A DNA stretch of 64,000 nucleotides from an uncultured bacterium (GTDB lineage: Bacteria > Zixibacteria > MSB-5A5 > GN15 > FEB-12): NCBI GenBank assembly GCA_965372795.1, contig CBDVDR010000008.1:64001-128000 (forward strand), in the 5' to 3' direction. Every line of letters begins with the position of its first letter. Within the stretch, counting starts at the first letter, position 1. A model generated the notes under the pieces. It had not been told where the DNA came from and ran no database searches. It saw only the letters and a program-made list of their open reading frames with translations. The position numbers and the translations under genes were made by a program. Shown here piece after piece: positions 41,407 through 51,236 of the stretch.

Positions 41407-43707
41407 ATGAAATTGTCTAAATTATTATGCATCGTTTATATATTTATTATCCTCTTTTCAGCTGCAATTCATGCTGGCGTGATTACCGGAAAAGCTATAA
41501 ACTCGGAAACTAAAATTGTAATTAGAGATGTCAACATTATCATTATTGAAACTGGAGATGTTGTATCGTCAGACCGACACGGTGAATTTAGCTTTAATAA
41601 ACTTTTAGATGGAAAATATCGATTAGTTGCCAGCCATATAGCTTATGATCCAAGCGATACAATTTACATCGAAGTAAACGGCAGCGAAAAGATCAAAATT
41701 GAACTTAATCCTACTCCCTGGGTGCTTAATGATGTAGTTGTTACCGGTACCCGTTCTCCGCATCTTTTAAAAGATGTTCCGGTTCAAACCGAAGTAATTA
41801 CTCAGCGGGATTTCCAGCGCACCGGAGCGACAACAGTCGGCCAGGCGCTTGAATCATCAATCGGGATTAATATATCAGAAGATTTATCAGGTATGGGTGC
41901 GCAGATTCGCGGTATTGAAGGCGATCGGGTTTTGATTCTGATTGACGGTGAAAGAGCTGTTGGCCGGGTGCGAGGTTCGATTGATCTTGGGCAGTTTGAT
42001 CTTTCCAATGTGGAAAAAATTGAAACGGTCAAAGGTGCCGGCTCTACTTTATATGGTAGTGATGCTATGGGCGGCGTTATAAATATCATTACCAAAAAAC
42101 CGAAACGCAGTGAAGGTAATCTGAATTTGAATTTTGAAGCGGGTGGTCCGGCTCCTTCTTTTGGTGATAAATATCATCCCTTCTCAAGCGCACCTCCGGC
42201 TTACGATCCTGCCAAAGCAGAGTTAAATACGGCAAACTTTACGCTGGGTGGTGATTATGGAAATGATATTACCGGAGTCTCTTTTGGCGGTCGTTTCTAT
42301 AAGACAGACGGCTTCGATTTAAAAAAAGAAACGCCCCATACTAATGGGGTTGAAAAGATCAGCAGATATAATTTGAATGCGAAACTTCGTCAGAAACTTT
42401 CTAACAAGTGGTCTGTAACCGGTTCAACAAGATATATGTTTGAACAAAAGGATTGGATAGAATCAGAGGTTTTTCCTCCTAATTTAGTATTTTCATACGA
42501 TGATGTTGAGACTAACAAACGATATGATGGTTCGGTTACTTTTGATTATTTATCCGGCGACCGTTATTCGATGAAATTCCGCCTTTTTGGCACTTACTAT
42601 GATCATGACTGGAGCAAAATAAGTTCTTCCAGCGGTGACTGGTTAGACACTTCAGCAACGGAAGATATTTTTTACGAAGTATCATACAGCTCAAATTATG
42701 TTATCGGTGACAAACATATAGCGACCTATGGTTTTGATTATAACAAACAGGATTTAAAGTCGACCGAACTGATTGCAGAATCAAAAGCTGATGAAGCCGG
42801 TGATGTTTATTTTCAGTATGAATACAGCCCTCACAAGAAATGGAATATTCTTTCCGGTGTTCGATATGAAAACCATAGTTCTTTTGGCGGTCATGTTAAT
42901 CCTTCGTTAAATGTTATGTACAGTGCCAGCGAAGGAGTCAAAGTTCGCGGATCTGTCGGGCGAGGATTCCGCGCACCATCAATTAAGCAGCAGTACTTTA
43001 TTTTTGATCATTTGTCTGCCGGTTATATTGTTTATGGCGGGATGGTTGATCTTCCTGATAATCTTCTGCAGCAGGTTGGTGAGGATATGAATCCATTGAT
43101 TCAGGAAACATCCCTTAATTCTTCGATTTCAGTAGAGATGTCATACGGAACTATGGGGCTTCATCGTTTTACATATTTTTATAATCACCTCGATAATTTA
43201 ATTGATTTTACTCTGATTGGTTTTCCTGAACCGTATTGGCGTGGAGTTTATATATATCAGAATATTGAAACAGCGTTTACCCAGGGGATAGAATGGGAAT
43301 CGCGAATTCGTCTTTCGAGCACGCTTGATATGTCATTTTCATATAATTATTTGAGCACTCGTAATCTTGGTACCGGTGATAGACTTATTAACCGTCCTGA
43401 TCATTCGTTTAAATTCTTTGTCACCAGTTATTTTGAAAAATATAGATTTGGGGCAAGTTTCTGGGGAAATTATCGTTCCCGTAAATTATGGGTTCCACGT
43501 ACGAACACCGGCGGCAATGAAGGGGATCCGGTATTTGCGCCGCATCGTACAACTCTTAATATGAATCTCTTCAAAAGATTTAATAATGGTATGGAAACGT
43601 ATTTGCGAATAGAAAATATTCTTGATGAAGTAAATGTTAATTACGGATATTGGCCCGGGATTACTTTTTCTATCGGGTTAAAATATGATATGTCACTTAA
43701 TAAGTAG
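41407..43707 (+). CDS. TonB-dependent receptor (probable heme/HmuR-like)
   Basis: CarboxypepD-like N-domain, VVVTGTR, plug motif KGAGSTLYGSDAMGGVINIIT, GFRAPS; adjacent HmuY gene. Confidence 0.9.
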   Translation: MKLSKLLCIVYIFIILFSAAIHAGVITGKAINSETKIVIRDVNIIIIETGDVVSSDRHGEFSFNKLLDGKYRLVASHIAYDPSDTIYIEVNGSEKIKIELNPTPWVLNDVVVTGTRSPHLLKDVPVQTEVITQRDFQRTGATTVGQALESSIGINISEDLSGMGAQIRGIEGDRVLILIDGERAVGRVRGSIDLGQFDLSNVEKIETVKGAGSTLYGSDAMGGVINIITKKPKRSEGNLNLNFEAGGPAPSFGDKYHPFSSAPPAYDPAKAELNTANFTLGGDYGNDITGVSFGGRFYKTDGFDLKKETPHTNGVEKISRYNLNAKLRQKLSNKWSVTGSTRYMFEQKDWIESEVFPPNLVFSYDDVETNKRYDGSVTFDYLSGDRYSMKFRLFGTYYDHDWSKISSSSGDWLDTSATEDIFYEVSYSSNYVIGDKHIATYGFDYNKQDLKSTELIAESKADEAGDVYFQYEYSPHKKWNILSGVRYENHSSFGGHVNPSLNVMYSASEGVKVRGSVGRGFRAPSIKQQYFIFDHLSAGYIVYGGMVDLPDNLLQQVGEDMNPLIQETSLNSSISVEMSYGTMGLHRFTYFYNHLDNLIDFTLIGFPEPYWRGVYIYQNIETAFTQGIEWESRIRLSSTLDMSFSYNYLSTRNLGTGDRLINRPDHSFKFFVTSYFEKYRFGASFWGNYRSRKLWVPRTNTGGNEGDPVFAPHRTTLNMNLFKRFNNGMETYLRIENILDEVNVNYGYWPGITFSIGLKYDMSLNK

Positions 43708-43730
43708 TTTTTTTTAAAAGGAGTTTTTTG

Positions 43731-44762
43731 ATGAAACGTGTATTAGTTAGTTTGACAGCCATGTTATTGCTTCTGGTTATCGGTTGCAGTGACGATGACC
43801 CGGTAGTAGGTAGCGACTCTACAGGATTTGTTGAAGAAACCGTTCAGAATATAGATGGATCTTTTACAACGACAGTCGATGCGTCTGATACTGATGTCTT
43901 TGCATTTTATTCTTTTGATGCTCAAGACAATGTTGTCTCGACAGGAGCCTGGGATATTGCTTTTAAACGTGAAGCAATTAAAACCAATGGCGGTTCTTCA
44001 ATGATGGGCAATGGTAGTGCCGTAGCTCATGACCTTGGAGCCGTTGATTTTGCAGCTGTAGCTCTTGGTGATACTACCGGACTTACATGGATGTCTGATG
44101 AAGTTGACCATGCGATTGATGATTGGTATGTATATAATCCTCAATCCCATGAAATAACTTATAATGGTTATGTATTCTCGATGCTTGATGCCGAGGGTGA
44201 TAACTATATCAAATTCCGTTTTGACTCAACCCATAATGCAGCTCAGGGAAGTATGGGAATAGTTCATATCTCTTATTTCTATCAGGCAACTCCAAACTCT
44301 TCGGACTTGTCAGGAACAGTTGTCGAGACATTTTTTGAAGTAGGACATGGTGCGGTTTATTTTGATTTTTCAAGTGGTTCTGTTGTAACTCCTAATGATC
44401 CTGAAAATGATCTGACATGGGATTTAAAATTTGCTAATTTTGAAATTTCTCAAAATAGCGGTCCAAACGGAATCGGTGACTGTGCCGCCTTTCAGGCCTG
44501 GGGTGAAATAACTGATCCATCAGATATTGATGCTTTTACAGCCCAACCAACTGGCGCTCCGCTATTTTCTGATATTCCCGGTTCAGCTATGACTGAATGG
44601 TATACATATAATGGCGAAACTCATCAGCTTTCATCAGATGGCAATGTATATCTGGTTAAATCAGGCGGACATATTTATGTTGTTCAGATTGAAAGTTATT
44701 ATGGTGAAGTTGACGGTGCTCCGGCAAGTGCTCATTATACTTTCATGTGGAAAGCTCTCTAA
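43731..44762 (+). CDS. HmuY-family lipoprotein with two repeated domains
   Basis: Lipobox VIGC; WDIAF..IKTNGG / WDLKF..ISQNSG; WYVYN..SH / WYTYN..TH; IESYY. Confidence 0.8.
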   Translation: MKRVLVSLTAMLLLLVIGCSDDDPVVGSDSTGFVEETVQNIDGSFTTTVDASDTDVFAFYSFDAQDNVVSTGAWDIAFKREAIKTNGGSSMMGNGSAVAHDLGAVDFAAVALGDTTGLTWMSDEVDHAIDDWYVYNPQSHEITYNGYVFSMLDAEGDNYIKFRFDSTHNAAQGSMGIVHISYFYQATPNSSDLSGTVVETFFEVGHGAVYFDFSSGSVVTPNDPENDLTWDLKFANFEISQNSGPNGIGDCAAFQAWGEITDPSDIDAFTAQPTGAPLFSDIPGSAMTEWYTYNGETHQLSSDGNVYLVKSGGHIYVVQIESYYGEVDGAPASAHYTFMWKAL

Positions 44763-44808
44763 AGTAACAAAGTTACTTAGATATTAAGTAAAGTAATACT
44801 TAATTTTT

Positions 44809-44837
44809 AAAAACTCCGGTTATGCCGGGGTTTTTTT
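44809..44837 (+). terminator. Intrinsic terminator after the HmuY gene
   Basis: AAAAACTCCGG-TTATG-CCGGGGTTTTTTT. Confidence 0.75.
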
Positions 44838-44904
44838 ATATCAAGTACTAAAGCATAGCAATTTTAATGGTTGACGCTAATATAAGCTGGCATTAGCTTT
44901 TCGT

Positions 44905-46902
44905 ATGAGTAAATTTTTAAAAACATCAGCAATAATGACGGTCATTATATTGACGGTCATGATCGGATATTTTTTTTATGATAATTATCGGGAACGATCA
45001 GTTCCTGAAAAAATTGCCCGGATTATTCATATCGAAGATAGCCGTCAAATAACAAGCAAACTCAAAGATTATCTTGAAGATCCGCAAAGCGAGGTTCGTT
45101 CACGAGCAGCACTGGCTGTGGGCCGTATTGGTTCGCCTGAGAGTGGTCAACTTCTATATAAGATGGTGGGTGATAGTTCGATAGATGTTGCCTCGACAGC
45201 CGCATTTGCAATCGGACTAACCAACTCAAAAAAATATGCCTCAAAGCTGATCGGCATTGCTTTTGATTTGCCGGCTACCGTTGGAACCGAAGCGGTAGTT
45301 TCTGCCGGCCGGTTAGCTGACAGCAGCATGACTGATGTGATTGATGAGATAATACAGTACATGACTCATCCCTCACCTGATGTGCGTGAAGCGGCGATTA
45401 AAGCTTTATTTTATAGTAACGCTAAATCCAAAGCGGCTGATATTATTAATTTGATGCAAAATGAAAAGGATGAAGTTGTTCGACAGGCAGGCCTGTTTAC
45501 TTTGGCTCGCTTTAAAATTAGTGAAGCTTCTCAAATTTATATTGATAATCTTGCTGATCCCGAACCGTATGTGCGTGCCTCGGCAATACGAGGATTGGGT
45601 GCTGTCAAAAATAAAGAGACGGAACATTATTTAACAATAGCGTTGAATGATTCTGATGTTCGGGTTGTTGCTCAGGCAATAATTGAACTAAGCCGATCAG
45701 AATCAAAAAACAGCGGGGCACTGTTAGTAAAAAAACTTGAAAAAGAGACGGATGAAAATTTAGTTCTTTTACTTTTAAACGGTTTGCGAACTCTTGAGTA
45801 TCGCCTCGGAGTAAAAGCTGCCCATCAATGGATAGATTCATTAAGCTCTTCAACTGTTATCGGTGCGGCTGTTAAATATGTTGCTACGATTAGAAGCGAC
45901 CGGACAGTAAAATTATTGGATTCACTAATCACACTTGACGATCCATATATTAAGGAAGCATGTGCTGAAGCTTATGGTATTATTAATACTACAAATGTAA
46001 TACCCCGTCTGGCGACTTTGTTCAAGGATGAAGATCCGATGGTGCAGGCGGCGGCCTTTACTGAACTGGTAAGAATTGATAGTGGAAATGTGGATTTTTA
46101 TATTAATCAGGCGTTGAACAATAAAGATTTTGTGATGATCGTTTATGCGCTTGATCATATTAAAACTAAAAAGTTGGCTTCCTATCTGCCGGTATTGAAT
46201 ACCATGATGTCACGAGGTGAAGAGATTGACTTTGATATCCGAAGATCAATAGTGGATGTTGCCTCAGGTTTTCTAAATGAAAATAAAACCGACACTCTGG
46301 CGTTGGAATTATTAATTATGGGTGCGCTTGATAAGAATTTTATTATTCGTAAAGATGCTATTGATGTTTATAAAGAAATTTATGATGAAGATCGCTATGG
46401 GATGCTTCGGTCGGTTGATACCAGGCTTTCAGAGTGGAAACTTTCATCGGCAGTCGAAGAATATCAAACCAATCCGCTGGCGATACTTACAACCAATAAA
46501 GGTATTGTTGAATTTGAATTACTTTTTGATACTGCGCCTTTAACGGTTCTAAATTTTATTGAATTTGCAGAGACACATTTTTATGAGGGATTGACCTTCC
46601 ATCGCATTGTTCCAAATTTTGTTGTTCAAGGCGGTGATCCTTATGGAACCGGCTGGGGCGGACCTGATTATTTCATTCGCTGTGAATATTCTAATCTGCC
46701 TTATAAAACAGGAACGGTTGGTATTGCTACCTCCGGGAAAGACACCGGCGGATCACAGTTCTTTTTTACTCTGTCCCCACAACCGCATCTTGAAGCACGA
46801 TATACGATATTTGGGCAGGTTATTTCGGGGATGGATGTTTTGTTGAATATTAATAAAGGCGACTATATAGAGGAAATTGAAATTAAGGATCAAACATTAT
46901 GA
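44905..46902 (+). CDS. Membrane-anchored HEAT-repeat protein with C-terminal cyclophilin PPIase
   Basis: N-terminal TM; HEAT repeats (VRSRAALAVG, VRASAIRGLG); FHRIVPNFVVQGGDP, DTGGSQFF. Confidence 0.9.
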   Translation: MSKFLKTSAIMTVIILTVMIGYFFYDNYRERSVPEKIARIIHIEDSRQITSKLKDYLEDPQSEVRSRAALAVGRIGSPESGQLLYKMVGDSSIDVASTAAFAIGLTNSKKYASKLIGIAFDLPATVGTEAVVSAGRLADSSMTDVIDEIIQYMTHPSPDVREAAIKALFYSNAKSKAADIINLMQNEKDEVVRQAGLFTLARFKISEASQIYIDNLADPEPYVRASAIRGLGAVKNKETEHYLTIALNDSDVRVVAQAIIELSRSESKNSGALLVKKLEKETDENLVLLLLNGLRTLEYRLGVKAAHQWIDSLSSSTVIGAAVKYVATIRSDRTVKLLDSLITLDDPYIKEACAEAYGIINTTNVIPRLATLFKDEDPMVQAAAFTELVRIDSGNVDFYINQALNNKDFVMIVYALDHIKTKKLASYLPVLNTMMSRGEEIDFDIRRSIVDVASGFLNENKTDTLALELLIMGALDKNFIIRKDAIDVYKEIYDEDRYGMLRSVDTRLSEWKLSSAVEEYQTNPLAILTTNKGIVEFELLFDTAPLTVLNFIEFAETHFYEGLTFHRIVPNFVVQGGDPYGTGWGGPDYFIRCEYSNLPYKTGTVGIATSGKDTGGSQFFFTLSPQPHLEARYTIFGQVISGMDVLLNINKGDYIEEIEIKDQTL

Positions 46903-47711
46903 TAAAATTCCGCTACTTTGCATTTGTGCTTTTCTTTGTACTTTCCGGATTACTGATAAACTCAAATTTGAGTTGTGAAGAATACAACGCACAAGATATA
47001 ATTGAAAAGATATTAGCTGTTGAGGCTGTACAGAAAGAGAAGCTAAAAGATATTGTGATAGATGCAGAAATGCTTGAAGGTGAAATAAAGGATGGTAAAT
47101 TTGTTGAAAAATCTAAATTTCTAAAAAAAGTTTACATTAAATTTCTTCCCGACACAACTTTGATGGTCGAAAAATATCTTGAGTATTACAAAGAAGGTGA
47201 AAAACAGTCCGAAAAGAAAATGAATGACGAAGTCAAAAAGAAGTTAGAAAAGAAAAAGAAACGAAAAGCAAAAGATATTTCCAATTCAATGTATAAACCT
47301 TTCTATGAAGAGATGAAAGATATCTATGAAATAGAATTCAAGGGATTGAAAAAAGAAAAAGTCAACGGTTATAGCTGTTTTGAGTTTAAGGTGAAATCAA
47401 AAATTAAAGATTCTGAACATATCAATGGCAGTTTCTTCTTTGACAGTAAATCATATAATCTGGTGCGAGTTGAATTTGTCCCGGCTAAATTAGTAAAGAA
47501 GCTGATGTTCAAACTGAAAAAATTGGACATGGTTTTAAATTTTCAAGAAACAGATGCCGGTTTTTGGATTGCAGAAAAATTTGAAATTGACGGACAAGGT
47601 AAAGCGGCGATATTTATAGGGGTTAAGTTTGCAGTTGAAGAAACTTACTCAAATCCGATTTTTAATAGCGGTTTGGATGATAAAATATTTGAGGTTAACG
47701 ATGGAAAATAA
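46899..47711 (+). CDS. Hypothetical Lys-rich secreted protein
   Basis: Signal peptide; ATGA overlap with upstream gene. Confidence 0.65.
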   Translation: MIKFRYFAFVLFFVLSGLLINSNLSCEEYNAQDIIEKILAVEAVQKEKLKDIVIDAEMLEGEIKDGKFVEKSKFLKKVYIKFLPDTTLMVEKYLEYYKEGEKQSEKKMNDEVKKKLEKKKKRKAKDISNSMYKPFYEEMKDIYEIEFKGLKKEKVNGYSCFEFKVKSKIKDSEHINGSFFFDSKSYNLVRVEFVPAKLVKKLMFKLKKLDMVLNFQETDAGFWIAEKFEIDGQGKAAIFIGVKFAVEETYSNPIFNSGLDDKIFEVNDGK

Positions 47712-48195
47712 ATTTAGAACCAAAGTTATAAAAGTAGAAATTCCACCGGATTGTAATATTATTTTTGGACAATCGCATTTTATTAAAACTGTTGAAGATA
47801 TTTATGAAACCCTGATTACAGCTTCGACCGAAATAAAATTTGGAATTGCATTTTGTGAAGCATCCCAGCAAAGATTGGTCAGGTCAGATGGAAACGATAA
47901 TGAAATGATACAAAAAGCAATTGATGCCGCTTTTCATGTCGGGTGCGGCCATACTTTCTTTATTTATATGAAAAACGGTTATCCGATCAATGTAATGAGA
48001 CGGGTAAAAGAGGTTGAAGAAGTTTGCCGGATATTCTGTGCAACGGCAAACGCCCTTGAAGTGATAATTGCTGAAACAAATCAGGGTCGCGGAGTGCTGG
48101 GAGTTGTTGACGGTGAAATGCCTTTGGGTGTTGAAAATGAAGATGACAAAGAGAAACGTCGACAGTTTTTGAGAACGATAGGTTATAAGCGATAA
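47701..48195 (+). CDS. Adenosine-specific kinase family protein
   Basis: GQSHFIKTVED, FGIAFCEAS, IFCATAN, GRGVLGVVDG, IGYKR. Confidence 0.9.
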   Translation: MENKFRTKVIKVEIPPDCNIIFGQSHFIKTVEDIYETLITASTEIKFGIAFCEASQQRLVRSDGNDNEMIQKAIDAAFHVGCGHTFFIYMKNGYPINVMRRVKEVEEVCRIFCATANALEVIIAETNQGRGVLGVVDGEMPLGVENEDDKEKRRQFLRTIGYKR

Positions 48196-48215
48196 TTAAC
48201 ATTGGAGTATAAGTA

Positions 48216-48419
48216 ATGCGTTTTGAAATTGAACGATCACCAACCGAAAAAATTATTATTGAAAATTCGGAATACAAAGGACATCAGTTAGTTACTCTAA
48301 GGATTTATTTTCTTTCGACTGACGAAGAGTGGCTGCCCACTAAAAAAGGCGTCACATTTAAAAGAGAGCAACTTGATGAAGTTATTAATGCTCTTAATAG
48401 TATCAAAACCGGCGAGTAA
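48216..48419 (+). CDS. PC4/YdbC-family ssDNA-binding protein
   Basis: SEYKG..LV.LR.Y..EWLPTKKGVT. Confidence 0.85.
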   Translation: MRFEIERSPTEKIIIENSEYKGHQLVTLRIYFLSTDEEWLPTKKGVTFKREQLDEVINALNSIKTGE

Positions 48420-48444
48420 TAAATAAAATTACTTTTTTTTAGCC

Positions 48445-49233
48445 ATGTTAATTTTTACAACTGATAAACCACGACTTCTTAGACATTTTCAAAAGGATCC
48501 GGTCCTATTTTCTTATCACATTGGTGACCTTGATGATTTCTATTTTTCATATTGCCAATGGGGTGCATTATATCATCTAACCCGTGCCAAAATTGAAGAA
48601 GTAGTTTTAACTTATACCGGATGTGATACTCCAACCGTACTTGCTTTTGGAGTAGATGATAGATTTCAGGAACTTTTAAATGATATTGTAGATTTGCTCC
48701 CCCCTAAATTTTATTGCCATTTCTTTGAGCGTGATAGATCGGTTTTCTTAAAAAATTACAAAGAGACATATTTGGGCAAGCATTTTAAAATGAAACTGAC
48801 TGACAATGATTCGATTCAGGCAATAGATATAAATATTCTTAATATTGTAAATCTTGAGAATAAGAATCTTAACGAATTAAAAAAGTTTTATTCGCAGGCT
48901 TATCCTGAAAACTATTTTACCGAACGAATGCTTGAGACCGGAAAATATTATGCAGTTACTGAAAATGAAAAGATTGTTTCTGTAACCGGGGTTCATGTTG
49001 ATTCGGATGAGTATAAAATTACGGTACTTGGTAATATTGCAACCTTGCCTGAATATCGAGGAAAAGGATACGCGACCGCATCTACAGCATTTTTGTTAAA
49101 GCAATTGGATTTAAGCGAAAGATTAATTTGTCTAAATGTAAAAGCAGATAATGAAGCTGCAATTTCAAGTTATAAAAAACTTGGCTTTGAAATAATCCAT
49201 GAATATGAAGAATCGATATTTGTATTAAAGTGA
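48445..49233 (+). CDS. GNAT N-acetyltransferase
   Basis: GNIATLPEYRGKGYA, NEAAISSYKKLGF. Confidence 0.88.
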   Translation: MLIFTTDKPRLLRHFQKDPVLFSYHIGDLDDFYFSYCQWGALYHLTRAKIEEVVLTYTGCDTPTVLAFGVDDRFQELLNDIVDLLPPKFYCHFFERDRSVFLKNYKETYLGKHFKMKLTDNDSIQAIDINILNIVNLENKNLNELKKFYSQAYPENYFTERMLETGKYYAVTENEKIVSVTGVHVDSDEYKITVLGNIATLPEYRGKGYATASTAFLLKQLDLSERLICLNVKADNEAAISSYKKLGFEIIHEYEESIFVLK

Positions 49234-49248
49234 CAAATTAAAGATCTC

Positions 49249-49458
49249 TTAATTAGTAAAGAAATCAAAAATGTTTCCAAGCTGGCTGCTGTCCGCTTTG
49301 AAAATTTCTGTAAATCGACAGTTTACGCAGGTCACAGTTGAAAATCGGGCACTTTGAACATCAAAAATTTTAGTCCAGAACCCACCAGCGGCGCGAAACT
49401 CGCCAATTTCACAGTTTGTGTTTCCGCATTTTGAACATCTATAATTTAATGGCGGCAT
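49249..49458 (-). CDS. Small zinc-ribbon protein
   Basis: CSKC..KIFDVQ..CVNCRFTE; SD GAGGAG. Confidence 0.8.
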   Translation of the reverse strand: MPPLNYRCSKCGNTNCEIGEFRAAGGFWTKIFDVQSARFSTVTCVNCRFTEIFKADSSQLGNIFDFFTN

Positions 49459-49539
49459 ATAATTCTCCTCTGTTTATTTAATATTACTTATAAACCAATT
49501 TAATATTCAATTTTTTATGAAAAAAGAAAAAATAATTAT

Positions 49540-49905
49540 CTATTTTTTGGAGCGATAATTTTCGATTGCCGCCCGAATAGCATCAGGAGCAATATTTGAG
49601 CAAGCCATTTTTTCTTCGGGTAAACCATTGAGCGCCTCGGCAACATCTTCACGACTCAATTTTTCAGCTTCCTCAATCGTCTTACCAATAACTAACACTG
49701 ACGCCATTGATGAAGTAGCAATGGCAGCGGCACAGCCAAAAGTTTTATATTTTACATCGACGAGTTTATTGTTTTCGACTTTCAAAAAAATCTTCATAAC
49801 ATCGCCGCAATGAGGATTGCCGACTTTTCCGACCCCATCAGGGTCAGAAATTTCCCCTGTATTTCGTGGGTTTTGAAAATGTTCCATGACGGTTTCATTA
49901 TACAT
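49540..49905 (-). CDS. iscU: Fe-S cluster scaffold IscU/NifU
   Basis: HFQNPRN, GNPHCGD, FGCAAAIA, KMACS. Confidence 0.92.
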   Translation of the reverse strand: MYNETVMEHFQNPRNTGEISDPDGVGKVGNPHCGDVMKIFLKVENNKLVDVKYKTFGCAAAIATSSMASVLVIGKTIEEAEKLSREDVAEALNGLPEEKMACSNIAPDAIRAAIENYRSKK

Positions 49906-49953
49906 GGCAAATAAGGTACGTAATTTTTGAATTAATTCAATAGAAAGAAACGA

Positions 49954-51159
49954 TTAATCGATTAATTTTTGGGCTAAAAGCCTTAAGAATAAGCCAACAT
50001 CGGTAACCAAACCGATAGTTTGCATTGATCCACGGTCTTTTAACTTAGTGACAACTGCCGGATTAATGTCTACGCAAATGGTTAATACCCGGGCGGGAAT
50101 CATATTTCCAACAGCTATCGAATGAAGCATGGAAGATAACATTAAAACAATATCAGCATCTTTTAAAATTATGGAATGATGATTTTGAGCTTCGTTCATA
50201 TCTGTTATTGTTTCAGGCAGCGGACCATCATCCCTAAGCGAGCCAGCCAGTGAATAAGGAATATCTTTTGTTAAAACGGCATGCATAACACCATTGGTTA
50301 AGGAACCCTCTTTTACCAGATTGGCAATAGATCCGGCACGACGAACTTCATTGATAGCCCGCAGGTGATTACGATGACCCATTTCAACCGGTTTTCCCGA
50401 AGAACCATCAATGCCAAGAGAAGTATTATAATAGCATGACTCAATATCGTGAACCGCAAGGGCGTTGCCTGAAAGAAGTCCATGGATATAGCCTTGTGAG
50501 ATCAGACGGGCAAGGTCTGCTGAACCGCCGGTATGAACGACAACCGGTCCAGCTACCGCAATAACTTTTTTCTTTTTGTTTCTGATAAGCTCTGCTGTAG
50601 TATCAACTGCCAACTGGACTTTTCTTTCAGATGAGACATCGCCCGCCATAAATCCAAAATCTCCTCTGTCACGATCAATAAATTCCGGTTGTACTTTTAT
50701 TCCTGAAAGTCCGAGTACAATCTGCTCGCCTTTTTTGATATCGCGGAATTTTTTTACTTGGGCGGAATTTTTATTAACGACAATTACACCATCCATCCGG
50801 AGATTATTGACGTCTAACCATTTATTGTTGTATCTCACTTGGGTTGCATGGTTGGTAGTGCTGTAAAAATCAGGAGGGACCACCCCGTCAGCCGGTGCGT
50901 TGCCTAAAACAATTTCTTCCTCCCGATCAATAAAACAACCGAGGCTGGACAGCTTCAACAAGATAGTATTTATTTTTGTAGCATCGTTTGAAATTAGTTT
51001 TAAACGAGCTTTTGAAAACTCATCATTATTTCGTCCAATGAAAAAATCAAGAATTTCAAACTCACCGCCGTCACTAATAATGGTATCAAAAATCTGTTTC
51101 ATCTGGCCGGAGTCAATTAAGTGACCTTCAGCAAGTACTATTTTTGTAATTTCAGCCAT
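49954..51159 (-). CDS. TIGR00300-family protein (ornithine cyclodeaminase-like, related to ArgZ C-terminal region)
   Basis: GHLIDSG, FYSTTNH, GPVVVHTG, GNALAVHD, AGSLRDDGPL, KLKDRGS; start at MAEITK. Confidence 0.85.
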   Translation of the reverse strand: MAEITKIVLAEGHLIDSGQMKQIFDTIISDGGEFEILDFFIGRNNDEFSKARLKLISNDATKINTILLKLSSLGCFIDREEEIVLGNAPADGVVPPDFYSTTNHATQVRYNNKWLDVNNLRMDGVIVVNKNSAQVKKFRDIKKGEQIVLGLSGIKVQPEFIDRDRGDFGFMAGDVSSERKVQLAVDTTAELIRNKKKKVIAVAGPVVVHTGGSADLARLISQGYIHGLLSGNALAVHDIESCYYNTSLGIDGSSGKPVEMGHRNHLRAINEVRRAGSIANLVKEGSLTNGVMHAVLTKDIPYSLAGSLRDDGPLPETITDMNEAQNHHSIILKDADIVLMLSSMLHSIAVGNMIPARVLTICVDINPAVVTKLKDRGSMQTIGLVTDVGLFLRLLAQKLID

Positions 51160-51236
51160 AAATCTTTTATCGGTTTTTCTTTTATTAAAGTTAATCGCTG
51201 GTTTTGCTTTTACAAAAACTATTGTATATTCCAAAA

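Noticed and set aside
41375..41420. TTAGACAA/TTGTCTAA inverted repeat around the TonB receptor RBS
   Set aside because: Only 8 AT-rich bp with a long loop; no recognisable riboswitch features.
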